NCBI RefSeq assembly: GCF_964204645.1
Contig: NC_134028.1
Span: 682,001 to 746,000 of the forward strand
Direction of reading: 5' to 3'
Length of the DNA: 64,000 bases
Source: Tubulanus polymorphus
Taxonomy: Eukaryota; Animalia; Nemertea
A model generated the notes under the pieces. That model had not been told where the DNA came from. It saw only the letters and a list, made by a program, of their open reading frames with translations, and searched no databases. Below are positions 1 to 11,451 of this stretch, piece by piece (position 1 is the stretch's first letter; each line of letters begins with the position of its first letter). A program made the translations under genes and the position numbers.

Positions 1-204
1 GAATATATCAATCTTCGAATCCAATTGCACGAGAGATAAAGCCTGAGTGGACTCAGTTGATTCAGTTCCACAGTTCCATGATGGTGATGAGTTTGAGTTC
101 ACTCTGAGTTGCAGTGGAACTGGATCAGTGATTCTGATAGTTTACCACACTAGGATAGTTTATAACCAGTGGCCTGCGATTTCTCTCAGTACAGATTTGT
201 TGCT

Positions 205-275
205 TCTCTCACTCTCTCCCTCTCCCTCTCTCGCTCGCTCTCTCGTCTCTCTCTCTCTCTCCCTCTCCCTCTCGC
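205..275. repeat. Imperfect (CT)n microsatellite
   Basis: CT/CCT-rich dinucleotide run; explains the SL-rich ORFs at 47..360. Confidence 0.9.
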
Positions 276-1061
276 GCTCGCGTCAGAGACAATAGGAAAT
301 ACTTGTAGACGAACGACCACATTTAAAACTTATTCATCGCATAAAAACATGCGTATATAGATTATGTTATGAAGTGCACTCGAATCAGTGCAACTCATGC
401 AATTCGAAGAGAAGCACTTGCTCAGAAACACAGGAATAATAACCGTTAAAAAGATTTTTATCGGGTGGCAGACTATTTTTCTTCTGTTGAGTGTTATCAG
501 TTTTAAACCAGCGCAGATTAGAAGTAAATTCGGGATTAGTGTTTAGATATTAGATATGGTTTCACTGCGCTAAACACTAAATTTCATAATTATATATAAT
601 ATGGTTAACAATAGATGGACGTTGTTGGACCAATCAGAGAACAGCTGCATGACGCTGGAGTATATGGTCAGTTAGACGTATATTATAACAGGGATCAACT
701 CTCACTGATTTCAATTCCCTTTTGCAATCAGCAACAAAACCAACACCAGCATCATTCGTCAGAGTAGAAATAAACATCACAAAACTGTGGTCGCGTCGAG
801 ATCGCTGCGGCAGAGTCAGAGAGAGCTGCGGGTGATTAACTGCCGTGGATTGTGTGTAGACACTGGAACTACCAGTTAAGTGCACCAAACAAATCCAAAA
901 AAAAACTTAGAGAAAGACAAGTTCTCGGGATTAGCGCTGGATTTAGTACTTTACTGCAGAGATAAACCCGACAGATAAGAGTTATATAGATTCACACGAG
1001 AAAGACAAAACGACAGTGGGAATTAGCTGTCGCACGCACTGCGCCCGTAGATAGAGAGAGA

Positions 1062-2108
1062 ATGATTAATGATTCGGATATGGATGGAATTAATGCGACT
1101 GCCTCGTTTGGTGTAAGTAACAATACTATAGTGAATATAGTTGCTCAGATATTAGTTTATGGCATCCTTCCTTTATCGTTCGTTATCGGAACAATCGGTA
1201 ATATCTGGGCATTGAAAGTATTACTGTCTCCTCACTATACTAAATCATCGACTGGTATTTATATGATCGCTTTAGAGATATTCGATATATCTGTCGTGTC
1301 GATCGCGACTCCCGTTCTATTTGTGAGGATCGTTTTCGAAATGGAAGCGCTGAGTAATGAATTCTGTCAGTTTTATTATTTCCTGTTGATGTTTACTTCT
1401 TCGTCGTCGAATTTAACGATGGCTTTTATGAGTATCGATCGATTGTTTGTCGTCTGGTCGCCGTTCAGAGCTAAAGCGATTTGTACGCCGAAAAAAGCCC
1501 GGATCGTTCTGGCCATCATGGTGATTCTGTTAACAGGATATAGTGTCGGTAGAATCGTTCCCGTTCGTATGTACGACTACGGAACATTGAAAGATTGTGA
1601 TTATCCACTCGGTGGAAATGCCAGACTTTTCGTGTCTTTTTTCCACAACGTGATTCAATTTTTGTTGCCGTTTGTCATCATATTTACTTGTAACGTCACG
1701 ATCGCCACAATACTCGTGTTACAAGCTGGAAAACGTAAAGATATGACAACTGGAACTTCTAAATCACAGAAAAACTTAACTATCATGTTGATTAGTATTT
1801 CTACTGTGTTTCTCGTGTTGAATCTACCTCTGTTCGCATATCGTATATTAAAGTATATGTCGAATGTTGACAGGATAGTATTGAATCTAACCTACTGGGT
1901 GGCCAGGGGTTTCACCGGTTTAAATTCAGCTGTGAATTTCTATCTTTATTGCATGACATCTCAAAGATTTCGAGCACAACTTTGTAAACGTGGTCACAGA
2001 GATAGTCAAGATACTCACACTATCAATTCGATATATCAAACGGCGGATAGCCCAACGGGGGGCGCCAAGCCCATTGATAGTCCAACGGGGAGCGCCAAGC
2101 CCAATTGA
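1062..2108 (+). CDS. Intronless class A (rhodopsin-like) GPCR, peptide/FMRFamide-receptor-like orphan group
   Basis: 348-aa ORF with 7 hydrophobic segments; N-terminal N-glycosylation sequons (NAT, NNT); TM1 GxxGN; TM3 C...SIDRL (DRY variant); TM5 LLPF; TM6 NLP; TM7 NSAVNFYLY followed by SQRFR helix 8. Confidence 0.93.
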   Translation: MINDSDMDGINATASFGVSNNTIVNIVAQILVYGILPLSFVIGTIGNIWALKVLLSPHYTKSSTGIYMIALEIFDISVVSIATPVLFVRIVFEMEALSNEFCQFYYFLLMFTSSSSNLTMAFMSIDRLFVVWSPFRAKAICTPKKARIVLAIMVILLTGYSVGRIVPVRMYDYGTLKDCDYPLGGNARLFVSFFHNVIQFLLPFVIIFTCNVTIATILVLQAGKRKDMTTGTSKSQKNLTIMLISISTVFLVLNLPLFAYRILKYMSNVDRIVLNLTYWVARGFTGLNSAVNFYLYCMTSQRFRAQLCKRGHRDSQDTHTINSIYQTADSPTGGAKPIDSPTGSAKPN

Positions 2109-2178
2109 TGGCCCAACGGCGAGCGCCTAGCCCAATTGATGGCCCAACGGCGAGCGCCTAGCCCAATTGATAGTCCAA
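2046..2178 (+). repeat. 30-31 bp tandem repeat spanning the GPCR stop codon
   Basis: About 4.3 units of gat(a/g)g(c/t)ccaacgg(g/c)g(a/g)gcgcc(a/t)agccca(a)tt; the first two encode DSPTG(G/S)AKP. Confidence 0.9.
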
Positions 2179-3495
2179 ATGATGGATGTTGATACATTCA
2201 CGAAAGAGATTTCACAATAGTACTTCAGTTAGATGTTGTAGCAAGCAAAGTCAATTGGATTTACTACAAGAGTTAGTTCAAAATTGCCGATCAAAGTTCA
2301 AATATACTCTTCACAGAAACAACTGCGTGATGCATCATCTCCCGTAGTTAGATTCATACTCTTCAGTGTGTTATATGATTATAGGTTCAACACAGAGGTT
2401 TTAATTAACAGCAATACACAATTTAAAATGTATGTACTAAGTTTGTAGCCTATATATTTTTGTTTTATTTCTGTGATATGAACGTCCTGTGGACAGTGGA
2501 AGTTACCTTGGAATTTCAGGACATCAGATACCACCATATGATGCGAGCCTTAAGTCAGAGAGCAGTTTTAATATTCTAGAATTATTCATTCATATTTTAA
2601 AGAATGCAGAACTCGAACTGCGAGCTACATCAAGTGTCGCATGTTACATGGGCATTCACTTCCCGGATGTTCACCGAATCTAAATTCAGCTTCGTTTCCC
2701 AGAGGTGGTTTAGTTATATATATTTTGATATGTTTTTTCTAATAAAATGATGAATTCATCGCTACATAAAACAGATCTATGTAGAGTGCAACGAATTGAG
2801 GTATAAAACAATGGTTTAAATTAATCAATTCTATGTATTCAATTCAAGTGAAATATATGAACGGAAATAATTTGTTTCGAGAGCCTGGGAAAATAGGTAT
2901 AAAACATGCGTTGACAGGTGTTTATTAGAATATCATTGTTCATGGTCGGATAATCTGTATTGAATATGTATCTGACATTGAGTATCACTAAATGGTGGAA
3001 TATACGAACACAAATTATATGTATTTGGAGCATAAGAAATAATCAGATTTCAGAAGTAGAATTAATACATATATTGATAATAACAACTTGTTAGATTGGA
3101 TATTTTAGATAAATCGTTCAGTTACAATTTACATTGTTTTAATTAGAAGAAAAACAACCGTTTGGTCGCAGGCTGTTTGTGTTAGTGTCACAACAAAATA
3201 CAACGAGGAAGTTGTGAATAGTTAGATGTGTTTATTGTTCCTCTAGATATCATTTTACACAGAACAAAAATATTAAATAAATTTTTAAAAAGTCACATCA
3301 CAAAAATCACTGTGTTTGATTTGTTTGATAGATAGCGGAGTTTGAAGAATATTTCATTGGATTTGTCGTCTCTGATTTCTCGAGGTGCAAATGAGAATTC
3401 CTATATTGCTGTTAATCATCATCGACTCTAATCAACAAATGCATCGTAATTATCCGGAGGTTCATCTTTTAAAACTATGTGAGAGATGCCGACAA

Positions 3496-3630
<135 letters not shown>

Positions 3631-4088
3631 AATGGTTTTACTCAGCGGCAGGTGACACAGAACCCGGATATTATAGATGTAGCAATCGTGGATCGCGGTT
3701 TGTGTAGGATGGTGCTGAATTCCTAATGAAGATGTGAAAACAGATGTGAAAATGGATTCCAAAATAGTTTATGAATAATCGATAAGTGAAATTAACACTA
3801 AACATAAAATGGGTAAAATAGAAAAAGAAATTTGAATTTGTTTTTACATGTATTGATATCCGGGTTTTGATCTCTATACATTGTAATACCGTCATTCAGA
3901 CGTGTTTATCCCGCGCGTTCGCAGTGGTAATGACAAGTACCATTTGAAGTAGGCTTTTACAAAATTGCCGACTTTCTTGTATAAATATATTGTATTATAC
4001 CGTGGATCGAGTTTCGTATCGGTAAAAAGTAACTGTATCGAGCAATCAGCGAAGTACTTAACCTTTTACTGCGAACAAATACAAGACT

Positions 4089-4353
4089 GGCTGTATCAAC
4101 GGCTGTATCAACGGCTGTATCAACGGGTGTATCAACGGCTGTATCAACGGCTGTATCAACGGCTGAATCAACGGCTGTATCAACGGCTGTATCAACGGCT
4201 GTATCAACGGCTGTATCAACGGCTGTATCAACGGCTGTATCAACGGCTGTATCAACGGCTGTATCAACGGCTGTATCAACGGCTGTATCAACGGCTGTAT
4301 CAACGGCTGTATCAACGGCTGTATCAACGGCTGTATCAACGGCTGTATCAACG
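4089..4353. repeat. 12-bp minisatellite (ggctgtatcaac)n, about 22 copies
   Basis: Near-perfect tandem array; produces the spurious LYQR/IQPL ORFs. Confidence 0.98.
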
Positions 4354-6439
4354 ATCAGGTTAAAACGATATTAGAAAAATTCCTCGATTCTACAATTTTT
4401 AAGATGGTTTTTATACCGGCAGGTCATAGACCTCACGAATCAAAAACATTCTCAAGGTTGATATAATAATGATTTAGAAAATCTAATGTTCTTTATGATA
4501 TGGGATAGAGCACTCGTAAGAACTAAATTAATCTTGTAAAGGATTGGAATTTAATATAAATTTCCCAAGATCATTAAGCCGTTTATGACATGGATTCTGG
4601 ACTCGTAAAACTGTTTATCAAGGACTTTTCAAAGATAATGAAATTGGATTTTAAAATTTACGATGACTTTCATTGTATTTGTAGAATATTATGACAATAT
4701 AAAAGAAATAATTAGAATTGACGCACATTTTCAGTGGATATTAAATAACATATGAATAATGGATTAAAACTTATAACGAACTTTGCGTGTTTAACTGTAA
4801 TATTGTGTTCAGAGACAGACAAAATTCTGTTCACGACAAACTATCATTAATAGCTGAAGAGACAGGACAAAAATACTTCAGGACAGTCGATACTCGGGTT
4901 GCTCCGGGACAGTCGATACTCGGGTTGCTGATTATATTGTTCCAGGCGCCACAATGTCACAACATAAGAATCAGACAGATGACGTCATCGTCTTGCTGTA
5001 TCAGATTACAATATATTGAACTGCACGGATGCAGAGATTGGTCCCGAGACGATGTATTCATCGGTCCACGGTTTAATACCCTCTCACCACAATAGCTACA
5101 TTTCTATGGAAATTAGATACACGAATGTTCGAGAAGTGAAATAAGAAACTTTCAGTCGGGTTGATATTCATATTTCACCCGTTGAAGAATCGAAGGTTTA
5201 TTCTCGTCTAATCTCGACTTTACATATTGAAATAGAAGTGTTATTGTTTATACTGCTGAATACTGGGAACGTCCTGGATAGATTCGACAGTGGTAATAAA
5301 TACTAATAATACTTCAGCGTAATCTCAGTGGAATACCTTATACACAGTAGATCAGGCCGTTGTCTAATGTACTAATTCAATAAACTGGTTAATTACATGG
5401 TTTTTAGTGTTTATGTACTCAGCAATCCAGGGTCGTAGTGAAGAGTTTTCAAGGACAGTTCTTTATTTGACAAAGATAAAACGATACGCGAATAATCCAC
5501 CAAAACTACAGTAATTCAGTTGACCGTAGGATAAGCTTAAACACTTACCCTCAACCCTGGCCCCGAGGGGTTCTAATCAGATGCTTTTGATACCAGGATT
5601 AAGTGTGGAGATTTCAGAAAAAAGGGATTTCTTGAAGTAAATTCATATAAAATACATGAAAATCTGATGCTTTTTGAAAAACTATCCAGCTTGACGCTGA
5701 GAAGAGGATGAAAATATGTATGCAAATTTTGTTCTAGTTCCGGAGAAGAGGGAAAGGTGGCAGCACTATCGATAAAACGACTGTTAGACACCGATTTGTT
5801 CTGATTTTGGAGGCGAACGCCAGATGGTAGCACTATCGATAAAACGAAATCATCGGAGTTGAATAATAATGAGAATCTTAAAGAGATAAGATTCCATTGA
5901 GATAAAAAGTGCCACCACCTCCACCCCAACAAAACAAAACATTTATCATTCCTCTAGCCGTACAATTTGTTATATAAGGCCCGAATCAGCTACCGTACAT
6001 ATTAGAGTGCTTTTGATAAATATTTTGTAAAGACCTTTGAAATTAATCTAATGTAAAAAGCCTCCGAATAATGAATTATTAGTATTGATATTCGAGTTGT
6101 AAGTTGACTGGTGATCAGTAATCACGGGATCGACCCAGTCGTCTACGCGATGATTTGATTTTACGCCGTCGCAAGAAACCGCTTTTCATATTAATTCATT
6201 TATGATAATACAGTTTAATAATAGTAACAATTGTGTCGTTTCAATTATTTCTATTCAGCGGCGCGGTACGCGGTATACAAGTGATAAATTGGCTAAACAT
6301 CTATTCCATTAAATAGCAAATGAATTCTCCAGCAATAGCAGCAGCAGTAGCAGCAGTAACGCGTAGGTCCCGCGGTTGAGAGTCTAGTGGTAGCTGGTGA
6401 CACGCTTCTACGACTTCTGATCGTTGATTAACTATTACG

Positions 6440-6454
6440 CTCTCTCTCTCTCCC

Positions 6455-6516
<62 letters not shown>

Positions 6517-6525
6517 GCTCTCTCT
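6440..6525. repeat. (CT)n microsatellite upstream of stum
   Basis: CT run followed by a candidate 5'UTR splice donor (gaa|gtaagt) near 6566. Confidence 0.95.
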
Positions 6526-6633
6526 GTATCGAGTAAGAGCAAAATATTGTAAATTATCGTTTGAAGTAAGTTGTGATTGACGTTAATGGATTTATCGAAT
6601 GTAGATGTGAGTTGGTGACCGAGTTAATGTCAC

Positions 6634-7061
6634 CAGAGGAGAGGTAAACAGCAGCGGCACCACTGGGACACGTCAGAGGAGAGGTAGACAGCAGCGGCTC
6701 CACTGGGACACGTCAGAGGAGTTAGACTATACCACCGGCAGCAGCGGCTCCACTGGGACACGTCAGAGGAGTTAGACTATACCATGGGTAGCAGCGGCAC
6801 CACTGGGACACGCCAGAGGAGTTAGACTATACCACCGGCAGCAGCGGCTCCACTGGGATACGTCAGAGGAGTTAGACTATACCACGGGTAGCAGCGGCAC
6901 CACTGGGACACGTCAGAGGAGTTAGACTATACCACCGGTAGCAGCGGTACCACTGGGACACGTCAGAGGAGTTAGACTATACCACCAGCAGCAGCGGCTC
7001 CACTGGGACACGTCAGAGGAGTTAGACTATACCAGCAGCAGCAGCGGTACCACTGGGACAC
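6634..7061. repeat. 50-bp minisatellite (cagcggctccactgggacacgtcagaggagttagactataccaccggcag), about 7 copies plus shorter leading units
   Basis: 50-nt period visible (6692, 6742, 6792 ...). Confidence 0.95.
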
Positions 7062-7399
7062 ACGACACGACAATGTTTATCGTCTAATTACAATTCGTGG
7101 CTCCATTCACAGGAAAACAATTCTACTATTGTCCTCATTTAAAGGGAAAATGTGAATAGGGAGTGAAATATGAACTCGCCGACAGTGACAGGAATATAAT
7201 GTGGCGCTAGTCCTTGTGGCAAATGACGAAAAATTGGATTGTTACTTTTTAATGAAGTGAACTATTGTATTACTTCGTGTTAAAAGCTTCGTTGTTTATT
7301 GCTGCTTGGTTAAAACTGACAATTTGTGAAATATGAAATGGCTACGTGTAAACCGTAACAGATTTACTTCTGGAATTATAACTGTGTTTAACGTTTAAA

Positions 7400-10394
7400 A
7401 TGTCATTCGCGATGAGTAAACCGAACCAAAAACAGAAACTCGCGACTAAAAAGAACACATCGAAACCGAAGCCTAAAAATGATTCAAAAAACGATAATGA
7501 ACTGAACGTAATCGAGAATAAGAGGATTTCGAAGATCGAAGATGTGGAAAAGGGTAAAACTATCGCGGCGGTGGTGGTGGGGGCGGCGACCGTGTCTGCG
7601 GAGGAACCTCAGAAATCAAAGACTAAAACAACTGTTGAACATTCAAACTCTAAATCAAGTATCCTACCAACACCTCGGGATAAAAACACTACATCAGTCG
7701 GTGGTAAAATGGCGGTCAAATCTGACGGTACAAATGCAGCAGTTTTGAACAATAACACCAGCACCAGTAACAGCACCAGCAGCGCAGCAGGTGCTCAACA
7801 AGTCACCGGTATAATGAATAACAGTGAGGATAATGTCGCATCAAAGAATTCAGTCCAAAATAACAACAATAACAATAAACTATCGCAGAAAAAAATTCCC
7901 AACAATTCGGATGTTAAGAATGTGAATTTGAACAAACAGTTGAATCAAACAGACTCTAAAGATGTGAGACGGGATAACGAAGTGAGATCTGATAAACAGA
8001 AAATTATTTCCGATGGAAATAAAAAATCAGCAGTAAAAACATTGAACAATGAAACGAGTAAAAAACTACCCGATAAAACATTGATAATAGATATAGATGC
8101 TAAGGACAAGTTAAACAATGATTCTAGTGATAAGAAACCAGTCAATAATCTGGGCGCTTTAGCCAAGAAAAAATGGAGTAAAATCAGCGCTAAAGATTTA
8201 ACATCGGGAAATAATTCACCAGTTCTCGATAAAAAGAGTTTGAACGGTTTGATATTGAATGCTGATAATTTGGACGGATCTTTATCTGTACCGAATACGG
8301 AGGATCGTAATGCCGATACTAAATCTCTATTATCGGTAACATCAGGAGCCCGTCGTGGATCCATCGACTCCCGGCGATCTTTCGATATCGGAGCTCGAGT
8401 TGGTTTGATGCAAGCTACAGTTGTAAACCCTCCAGATACTGATGCCGAGAAACCACGATCTGTAGTTTCTAATGATGATTCTTACATCAGAAATGCGATT
8501 CCATTCCTGCCGTTACCAATAGCTATCATATGCCTGCTGTTCAACATATTTATTCCAGGATTCGGTAAGTTTTTAACGAACTGAATTAAAACATGATTTA
8601 GTATAGGATGTTAGGGTAAATGATACTCGACATTCCCAGATTGAACTGGACGTATGATAATTTTCTAACTGCTAAGATACGAGAAAATGTACGCACGTTC
8701 TATAGCAACAACCAGACACAATAACGTACCGCGACATTAAGAAATATTCGTTTTTAATGCTGCATTCATATTTGTAGACACTCACAAACACTCACAAACA
8801 CTCACTAACACTCGCATACACTCACAGTGGGAGTTTCCTGATAAAGAGCACTCGTTGCTATTAATGCGTTACTGTCGCCTGATTGCATTTAATGTCAAAT
8901 ACAAAAAGAACTCGATCTACCGAATCAACACGAACCAATATTAGATTTCTCTCTACGTCGTCAATGATTGCATTCGTAATGCAATAAATCACGCAACCAG
9001 CACCAAAACTACGTATCTGAAATAGTGCAATTACATGTAGAGTCTCGGACGCTTCATAGTTTATACAAAAAAGATGTAGACTTCGCGAAAAAAATTGGGA
9101 AAGCCCTGGCATATTGGCGAAACCCAAACCATAGACCACTGTAACCCTAACCCTAGCTGGCCGTAACCCTAACCCTAGCAGGGTTCGAACCTGCGACCTA
9201 CTACATGCCGAACGAGCATGCTAACCACTAGACCACTGAGCTCTAGTGACTGGCAGAGTTTGTCAGTTTGTCTGGTCAGTGTGGTGACCCATCGTGTTGT
9301 GGTCACCAGTCAGGTGTTTATTCGTCAAAAAACGTGTATTCTGCCATGATATTTTTCTTAGTTGCGAGAAGAGACTCGTGTATAACCACTACCTCCAGTG
9401 CTGGGATCATTCTCTGGATGAACACGGTCGAGATCTCGCAGAGCACTGATGAAATGTATCAATCTCAGGTTGATAAATCACAGACATCCCGTGTGTGTGT
9501 GTGATTTGATTCTGTTTATTCAGCCGTAGATTTCACCAATAAATATCAATCAATGCTACAATAAAAACAACTTTATTCATTCTCATTCTAATCAATGTTG
9601 CCGATCAGGAGGGTCCCTGATAATAGATTTATTCTCAGGGTTTTGCTGCTGTTCCTGAGTTCATAGCTCATATGGGTGACCCATTTGTCATCCTATAGGG
9701 CCAGCAATAATTCCAATAATGTCCAATATCAAGACCGATTTTTCTAATTTCAGGTACTGTTTTAAGTGGTATTTCGATCTATTGTTGCGGTAAGCCGAGG
9801 GTTCATTCTAAAGACGACCATAAGGCGATTACTTTCTGCGTGAACGTTTGGATCGGACTTTGCCAGCTTTTTACGATACCGCTGTGTTTAGTCGGCTGGT
9901 TCTGGAGTATCGCCTGGGGTATACTGGCCGTTAGTCTTGCAGGTTTGTTACGGGAGATATCGTCATCAATTTCTTGTTCATAGAATCTACCTGAAATGAC
10001 TTTCATATCGGTGAAAATCCCCTGTGACATCACAAAACGAGGGAGTCGTTTCCTTGAATATTCTAGGGGTCCAAGAATTGTCATGGTAGAATCTGTGTAA
10101 AATGTATTTTGTTCGTGGCCTCAGACTGTGGTACACGTGGTTCATGCAATTTCTATGTGTTTAGCTCTAGGGGTTTGATTTATACAAAGTTGTCACGAGA
10201 AAAGTGCTATATCTATAAAACATAGCCATGTTTGATGATAGTTAAATGTCAGATGTTGCATTTTTTCTATATTTTCAGTTCAACACCGGAAAGAACAAAG
10301 AGGAAAAAGAGAACGTGAACTACAGGCGTTAGCAGTTAGCGCTTTCGCCCCTAACGGACCAACCATTCATCCTATACCAGTCGCTGTTCCATAG
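7400..10394 (+). CDS. stum: Protein stum homolog (SPEC3/Stum family) with a long Lys/Asn/Ser-rich disordered N-terminus; exons 7400-8564, 9754-9942, 10279-10394
   Basis: Spliced C-terminus reads AIPFLPLPIAIICLLFNIFIPGFG|TVLSGISIYCCGKPR...VNVWIGLCQLFTIPLCLVGWFWSIAWGILAVSLA|VQHRKEQ...VAVP*, matching the SPEC3/Stum signature (LNxxxPGxGT ... GWxWSIxWG). Both introns are GT-AG, phase 1. AATAAA near 10587. Confidence 0.9.
9120..9317 (-). mobile_element. Dispersed tRNA-related element with telomeric-repeat blocks, copy 1 (stum intron 1)
   Basis: Minus strand reads agctcagTGGTCTAGTGGttagcatg...gcagGTTCGAACcctgc (A box, B box, perfect T-arm), then CTAGGGTTAGGGTTA twice; homologous to 39428-39768. Confidence 0.8.
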
Positions 10395-11356
10395 CAATTC
10401 GCTTAGCCGTTATTCTGACTACCGACGCGTAGGAACTGGTGCGCCATCCTCCTAGTGTCCGATGCTCTGACCTAGCTGTGATAACTGGACTCCCTCCCTT
10501 TCAAGACGTGTGATACTATCCACCCGCCCCTCGTTCGGGGAGCGGGCACCCGTCCAACACCTCCCACGTATTCAACTGTTAGCAAAAATAAAAATAAAAT
10601 ACATATGTAATCTCGGTGTCTTTATTCGTCGTCGATTTCTGGAAGAAGGATTTGTCACAGGTGCAATCGCTTATTGATTTATAGTATATACCGGCTGAAT
10701 GTATAGATGGCGCGTGTGAAATATAGTGCGGAATCGATGAACTTTGCTTCTACTAATTTGACATTAAATAGTTCAGCAGAAATCTGTTGTTGTTTGCTTA
10801 CAAAGGAACCAGCAAAATGTCTTTCAAGATGTTTCTATCAAGGCCCATCGAAATTAGAACTGTCTGTTAGAGCCGGTCCCGTATGGGAGAGCGGTCCTTC
10901 AGAATGTCCAAGGTGAGCGGGTTAGTTGAAAGCAGATCTGCAGAATGTACATGTAAATTCACACGGGACCAAATCCCAGATTCAAGTTTTTTCAATAGGT
11001 TTTTGCAAACCCTCACACAGGCCGGCCTGTCTGTCGTCATGCTCGCCGGCAGTCCCATCGCTTCGAAAATAGTGAAGAATTGACATAAAAACGCGTCGTG
11101 GTGCCCGGACATTTATTGGATTTATTCAGTAAGGATTCTAAACCCAACGGCATCCGACAGAATGAGCTGCGTGTTTTTATTTACATCAGGTTGGATAGTA
11201 CAATTTGCGTACATTTCAGTTCTGTGTCTTGGGCATGTTTGGCGTCCGGACGCGGTTTTTACAATTCACTTACCAGGGCCGGTTCTAAAAACAGCTGCAA
11301 AACTCTTACCCGTCATGTGCTGCCACCTGTACTGTAATTACGTGGCTGACTAATGT

Positions 11357-11366
11357 CCGCCATTTT
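11357..11366. promoter_or_regulatory. YY1-type motif CCGCCATTTT in the probable bidirectional promoter upstream of TM9SF3
   Basis: Matches the CCGCCATnTT consensus about 90 nt upstream of the TM9SF3 ATG; function inferred only. Confidence 0.45.
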
Positions 11367-11451
11367 GGCTTAAATCGCCGATGAATATTGGATATAAATC
11401 GGCATCCATCTCGTTAATCGTTCGGTTTTAGAACAATTCATAGATTTTAAA

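Noticed and set aside
7542-8364. ORFs 7542-7748(+) and 7945-8364(-)
   Set aside because: Shadows of the stum coding exon.
9178-9243. Functional tRNA gene
   Set aside because: A/B boxes and T-arm are present, but the anticodon stem pairs poorly and the acceptor 3' strand is replaced by telomeric repeat; copies are diverged.
10860-11000. Telomerase RNA (CTAACCC inside an 11-bp helix on the minus strand, with a downstream ACA)
   Set aside because: The template match is only 7 nt and there is no room for the pseudoknot between it and the closing helix. RNase P/MRP, U8 and U17 motif matches nearby were also only partial.
11313-11363. Selenoprotein read-through of the TGA in MADISQPRNYSTGGST*
   Set aside because: No Cys/Sec redox motif, no long downstream frame and no SECIS recognised.
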